From a virus: a stretch of 64,000 nucleotides of DNA. Under the pieces are notes generated by a model. That model ran no database searches, was not told the origin of the DNA, and saw only the letters and a program-made list of their open reading frames with translations. The DNA lies in IMG/VR virus record IMGVR_UViG_3300045988_098681. One strand, 5' to 3'. Numbering within the stretch: position 1 is the first letter of the stretch; each line of letters begins with the position of its first letter. Positions 59,706 to 64,000 of the stretch are shown one piece after another. The translations under genes were made by a program, and so were the position numbers.

Positions 59706-59728
59706 GGGGGCAAATAACCCCCTTTTTT
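59706..59728. terminator. bidirectional rho-independent terminator
   Basis: GGGGG-caaataa-CCCCC followed by TTTTTT. Lies between convergent genes. Confidence 0.65.
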
Positions 59729-59733
59729 CTATT

Positions 59734-60351
59734 CTATTCACCACTAACTCTATTCGATAAGAAAGCCATATATTCTTCCCATCTGCCAATATGCCACAAA
59801 TAGTTACGAAAATCTAAACGCTCTGCTTTCATTTCCTGCTTGTAGTCACTTGGCAATCTTTCACCGAACTCTTTGTTTGCCTCAAGCACCATTCTTGCAA
59901 GTTGAATTTTTTCGCCACCAAACTTTTCGCAAGTCTTTTTATATCTTTTCAACTCGCTGTCCGGCAATATAGCTTTTCTTTTTGGCAGTGTCTTTGGTGA
60001 TAATGGTTTAATGTTTCTCCCTTTGATGCAAGCCTTACACGCCTTTGCGACCTTTTCAATCTCACTTGCAGGAAAAGTAAAGTAAACCTCACCGTCAAGA
60101 ATCTCTGTCTCTATGGCTACATCACCAACTCCCTTCAAAATGTTCATGCCCCTCTTTACGCTTGGTATATAGCAGCTAAGTGTCGAGCCAACGCCATGGC
60201 GAATTTTTATCCCATTGGCGCACTTAATGTAATAGTCATCAAAACTTGGGTCTAGTGTTCCATCAAACAAACGTGGGAAATCATTTGTGTCCTCATCGTA
60301 ATCCGCTCTTACCTCATAAGTTCCAACATAACGTCTTAAATATATTGCCAT
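59734..60351 (-). CDS. hypothetical protein
   Basis: 205-aa ORF. Confidence 0.55.
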   Translation of the reverse strand: MAIYLRRYVGTYEVRADYDEDTNDFPRLFDGTLDPSFDDYYIKCANGIKIRHGVGSTLSCYIPSVKRGMNILKGVGDVAIETEILDGEVYFTFPASEIEKVAKACKACIKGRNIKPLSPKTLPKRKAILPDSELKRYKKTCEKFGGEKIQLARMVLEANKEFGERLPSDYKQEMKAERLDFRNYLWHIGRWEEYMAFLSNRVSGE

Positions 60352-60533
60352 GATTCTTTCTCCTTTTGTTCATACGCTTGTAAAATTGCCCTTGCTCGCT
60401 CAACATATTCGAGTGTTGACTTAATGTATTGGCTATTAGTTGTGTCTGACTCAAGCATGGATTGCACATCTTTTAACATACTTAAAATTAACTTATTGTT
60501 CGTCATATTCGTCCACCTCAAAATAAACTTCAT
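60336..60533 (-). CDS. hypothetical protein
   Basis: 65-aa ORF overlapping its neighbours. Confidence 0.4.
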   Translation of the reverse strand: MKFILRWTNMTNNKLILSMLKDVQSMLESDTTNSQYIKSTLEYVERARAILQAYEQKEKESWQYI

Positions 60534-60897
60534 TCACATCGTACAAATGCCCACCTACCATAAGTCTGATTGAGTCTTTTGTAAAATACGCCCCTGTGCA
60601 TAAGCCAAGTTCGTTCCCGTCTTTATCGTAAGTAACTTTTTCGATTGCATTTGTGAGTGAAAAATTTGCGCCATTGTATTCAATGATCTTTTCTGCGTCT
60701 TTTGGTGGGTGCTGAACCCATTCGCCCTCGAGCCACGCAAGAATAACTGTGAGCGAAAAGGTGATTAGAAGATTCAAGATTGCATCTTGTAGGTTGGAAA
60801 CTTCACCTAGTTGGATTCCAACTCCAACTAATGAGGCGATTGTAAGTAAAATAACAAAAATTCTTGTCTTTGTAAAATATAAATATCTTTCTATCAT
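60493..60897 (-). CDS. hypothetical membrane-anchored protein
   Basis: 134 aa with two N-terminal hydrophobic helices. Confidence 0.5.
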   Translation of the reverse strand: MIERYLYFTKTRIFVILLTIASLVGVGIQLGEVSNLQDAILNLLITFSLTVILAWLEGEWVQHPPKDAEKIIEYNGANFSLTNAIEKVTYDKDGNELGLCTGAYFTKDSIRLMVGGHLYDVNEVYFEVDEYDEQ

Positions 60898-61343
60898 AGC
60901 TCCTCCACAATTAAATTATAGTTTGTATTGATATTGATTAAAGAATCAATCAATAGGTCAATTTTGTCTTTCTTTACACTATGCGACATATCTTGTTCTT
61001 TTGTCAGGTGTAAGATAATTTTATTGATATCAAACTTTGATTCTTCTATATCTAATAAATTATTATTAGCTGTTTTATAGTCAAATTTATGACAAATCTT
61101 ATACCAATCGCATCCAACATATTTTTTAATTGCCATTTGTATATCGTAATAAAAGGCTTTTATATCTCCACCAATTAAATCATATTTTACGGACTTAATA
61201 CTTTTAACATGATAACGATGGCACATTGCGTCTATAACTAGTTGTATTTTGTCATATTCTTCGCTACCCTTAAAAAACATCGTTATACCCATCGTTCTTA
61301 AAAAGCCTATATCCATCCTCAACTTTAATTCCATAATCATCAC
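60894..61343 (-). CDS. hypothetical protein
   Basis: 149-aa ORF; start uncertain. Confidence 0.45.
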   Translation of the reverse strand: MMIMELKLRMDIGFLRTMGITMFFKGSEEYDKIQLVIDAMCHRYHVKSIKSVKYDLIGGDIKAFYYDIQMAIKKYVGCDWYKICHKFDYKTANNNLLDIEESKFDINKIILHLTKEQDMSHSVKKDKIDLLIDSLININTNYNLIVEEL

Positions 61344-61605
61344 ATTTGCGCAGGAAAGAGTTTAAAATCGAACGAATAACAAAAGTATTTATAATTTCAA
61401 TAAATGATTTAATAGATTGTTTAGAAATATCCTTGCCCTCGGATAAAAGAACGATATATCTTTGCGAATTGTTCTTGTTGTTTAATAAAGCAAAATTTTT
61501 ATTTGCTAGTCCAAAAGTAAGTAGTAAATCATTATTGTCAAAAGATTTCTTGTTTGAACTTTTCAATAAAGCAGCAAGAATATTGTTATCAATTACTTGT
61601 TTCAT
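61270..61605 (-). CDS. hypothetical protein
   Basis: 111-aa ORF with a GGAGGGCAAATAAAA-type RBS. Confidence 0.45.
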   Translation of the reverse strand: MKQVIDNNILAALLKSSNKKSFDNNDLLLTFGLANKNFALLNNKNNSQRYIVLLSEGKDISKQSIKSFIEIINTFVIRSILNSFLRKCDDYGIKVEDGYRLFKNDGYNDVF

Positions 61606-61607
61606 TT

Positions 61608-62621
61608 TTATTTGCCCTCCTTATTCTTTAAATAATCATGCTCAAAATTATACTTAGTGTTAATATCAACCAATGCGTTTGTTAAGTTTTTAAGTCCTGT
61701 TACAGAAATATTGCTTAAAAAGACCTTATTGTTCATAACCTTGTTTTTAATCTTCTCATTCATCTTTGAAAGTAGCAGTTCATAGTTGTATTGGTATTCT
61801 ACCGACTCATGTATTGTAGCAACATAACAATCATAAAAATTAGAGTAGCGAGTTTTTTCTTTGCACTTTACCTCTCTTTTTTTATAATAATAGTTTGTAT
61901 TACCATAAAGTAAAAATACATCTCTCATATTTTTACATCTCATTTCTTTTAGGCATTGATTCGAAATTTCTGTCAAAACAGCCCCGTCTTTACTGTTTGG
62001 TCTAATATTCATTGTTGATTTATCATCACTGTTTTTAAAAACTACAATGTATCCCCTTTCTATCAATATTCGCCCATTAAGGTTTATATCTTGTATTGAT
62101 TTCAACAAAATATCTTTAAAGATGTTTGAATATAAATTCAAAACCATTTGATTCAACTCGTAATTGTTAAACTCTCCTTTATGCGCCATAATTATAGCTT
62201 TCTTTTTATCTATGTCTTTAATACCGTATTTTACAAAACTATAATTCTTGTTTGCCATTCCTGTAATATTGAACAAATCTTTTGCCGTTAAAAATATTTC
62301 ATCTTTGTTTTTATCCAACATGTATCCAATCAATAAGTTTTCAATAAGTTCGCTATATGTTAATTTTATATTCTTGGATTTTGATTGTCTTACCTCTTCA
62401 ATATTTTTCATGCCAAAGAAACAAAATATCTTTTTGCGTTTCTCAAAGTCACAAATTTGTTCAAGCTCCATAATTTGCCTCTTCTTACCGTTGCCCGTTA
62501 AAGGCTCTATATTTATTCTTTTGCAAAGTATAGCATAGGTCAGATGCTCTTTGGCACAAGCAATATTCTTAAGAGCCTCTAAGTCTATTCCATTTAAGTA
62601 GTTCTTTCTGACTTTACCCAT
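61608..62621 (-). CDS. hypothetical protein (first gene of the leftward early unit)
   Basis: ATG 62621 preceded by GGAAGGAGGTG. 337 aa from this start. Confidence 0.55.
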   Translation of the reverse strand: MGKVRKNYLNGIDLEALKNIACAKEHLTYAILCKRINIEPLTGNGKKRQIMELEQICDFEKRKKIFCFFGMKNIEEVRQSKSKNIKLTYSELIENLLIGYMLDKNKDEIFLTAKDLFNITGMANKNYSFVKYGIKDIDKKKAIIMAHKGEFNNYELNQMVLNLYSNIFKDILLKSIQDINLNGRILIERGYIVVFKNSDDKSTMNIRPNSKDGAVLTEISNQCLKEMRCKNMRDVFLLYGNTNYYYKKREVKCKEKTRYSNFYDCYVATIHESVEYQYNYELLLSKMNEKIKNKVMNNKVFLSNISVTGLKNLTNALVDINTKYNFEHDYLKNKEGK

Positions 62622-63130
62622 TTCACACCTCCTTCCACAATGGTTATTATATGTATTTCTAATCAAATTGTCAATCATTTTTTTTATTTTTATCCACTTT
62701 ACTTTGCTAAAGTTTTTGACTATTGACTAAAAATTCTCTAAGCTACTTCCGTATAGATGTTTGTAGGTTTTTTAGTCAAAACTTACAACCACCTATCGTC
62801 TTCACTCATGCCCTACATGAGCGACAAGGGTTTCCGTTCGCTACGCTTACTGCACCTTGACCAGCCACTAACGTGTCTCACTTCGCACGTTGCTTGCTTA
62901 ATCTTGCTACGCAATCTTTTCGCATCGCTGCCTTAGCTCGTTTAGCTCACTTGTTTCTACTAATTTGTTCCTTAAAGCAACTCGAACTATCATATTGTAA
63001 CTTAATGTTTCTTGGTGGCTCAATGATCTATGGCTTATTGTATATATAATAAATATAAGTTAATTGGTTATAGCCATGAGTGAGCAGGGGCTCACATTGC
63101 GCATTCCATTGCTTACGCAATTCCATGCGT

Positions 63131-63212
63131 TTGATTAAATTAAATTAAGTACCGTTCACTTACGTTCACTATCTTTCGCTACGCTCAAGATTACTTAATT
63201 TAATTTAATCAA
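63131..63212. repeat. perfect 21-bp inverted repeat with 40-nt spacer
   Basis: TTGATTAAATTAAATTAAGTA (63131-63151) and TACTTAATTTAATTTAATCAA (63192-63212). The spacer contains the direct repeat CGTTCACT x2. Confidence 0.85.
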
Positions 63213-63384
63213 TCTGGATGAACAGAAAAAGTGTGGGGAATGAAACATGACGCTCAAATAGATTGTATGATTGTATTAGTTAAGTAATACAGTTAGAATC
63301 AAAGTGATATCATGGAGAATACACACGAAAAGTGTGGGGTGGTTTCTATGTAGTTTTGAAAACTATGTAGAGTGGTTAAAGTGA

Positions 63385-63990
63385 CTAGGTGTGGTAGTTA
63401 TGGAAGCTAAATTGTGCATAAAATGTGGTGATTTTTGCAAGTGGGTGGGAAAAATTGGTGAATAGTGGTGGGGAGTGGGGAGAGATGGGAAAATTTGGTT
63501 GGGGAATTGGGGGAGTGGCGGGAAGGTTGAAATTGGTGGGGTTTGAGGTTAAGGTGGGTGGAGTGGGGGTGCTACGACGCAAACGTTTGTGGTAGGAAAT
63601 CCCATTTTTGGAAAATACCCCCACCTATGGCAGAACGTGGAAATAGGGATGTTTGGTGTTGGTAAAATATTCCATCTAATAGCATGTATAATGTGCATTA
63701 TATATGAAAAAAACTGGAAAACGTTGGAATTTCAACGTTTGTAAGCCCTTTGCACATTTGGGAGGGATTGACATTTGCCCGTTTAGATGCCTGCAAGCGT
63801 TGAAATTAAAACGTTTCGCATTAACGGGGTGAAACGTCCACCCTCCCAAAACCCAAACCACAAACCACATGCCGCCACCCCTCACATTTTCACACTTAAC
63901 CCCTCTTCCCGCTCCCATAACCCCATCACCTAGTATTCAATACTACATGCAGCACAAAAAAAATAGGGCTAACACCCACCAAAAAACACA
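63385..63990. other. mirrored strand-composition block: C-depleted G/T-rich arm, central AAACGTT palindromes, G-depleted C/A-rich arm
   Basis: 63421-63570 contains only about two C's. ~63838-63930 contains only about three G's. AAACGTT(T)-type palindromes at 63581, 63719, 63734 and 63809. Confidence 0.8.
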
Positions 63991-64000
63991 AAAAAAAAAG

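Noticed and set aside
63385-63624. 79-aa Pro/Thr/Asn-rich ORF on the - strand
   Set aside because: It lies entirely in the C-depleted G/T-rich tract. The low-complexity translation is a by-product of strand composition. It has no RBS.
63676-63918. 80-aa ORF on the - strand (MGAGRGVKCENVRGGG...)
   Set aside because: It spans the palindrome core and the C-rich arm. It is low-complexity, has no RBS, and is most likely a composition artefact.
1-64000. CRISPR arrays, integrase/repressor lysogeny module, rRNA genes
   Set aside because: No regularly spaced direct repeats were seen. No tyrosine or serine recombinase motifs or CI/Cro-like pair were recognised by eye. This absence is not proof, because many small early ORFs remain unassigned.

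Overview
The window reads as most or all of a ~64-kb tailed dsDNA phage (Caudoviricetes) genome. The host is probably a low-GC Gram-positive bacterium, inferred from GGAGG-type RBSs, TTGAC(A/T)-17-TATAxx promoters, and EndoA/MazF-, XkdX-, XhlA- and YonO-like genes. Layout: (i) + strand 74-9665 is an early operon with a RecD-like helicase, two tandem sigma-70-family paralogs, an intron-split class II ribonucleotide reductase, a ThyX-like protein, a dNMP/guanylate kinase, a deoxyribonucleotidase and dUTPase. (ii) - strand 62621->53581 holds early genes, including an intron-split YonO/RdRP-like polymerase candidate, an HU-like protein and a metallophosphoesterase. (iii) - strand 53565->9724 starts with a perfect consensus promoter and runs through a ~1.1-kb ORF-free hairpin-rich region, a lone TnpB, three tRNAs, lysis genes, an IscB-like nuclease with an upstream structured non-coding region, terminase, portal, an intron-split capsid gene, tail genes with an intron-split tape measure gene, and tail fibres. 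(iv) 62.7-64.0 kb is a repeat-rich non-coding control or origin-like region with mirrored G-rich and C-rich arms. The most notable feature is the density of selfish or RNA-based elements. There are four group I introns (R/S core motifs seen directly), one intron-borne endonuclease, a free-standing GIY-YIG endonuclease, IscB plus a putative omega RNA, TnpB plus a putative omega RNA abutting a tRNA, and a candidate large structured RNA. An antitoxin-less MazF/EndoA-like toxin also sits inside the tail module. All functional calls come from motifs read by eye; no database search was run. Splice junctions and RNA boundaries are approximate.
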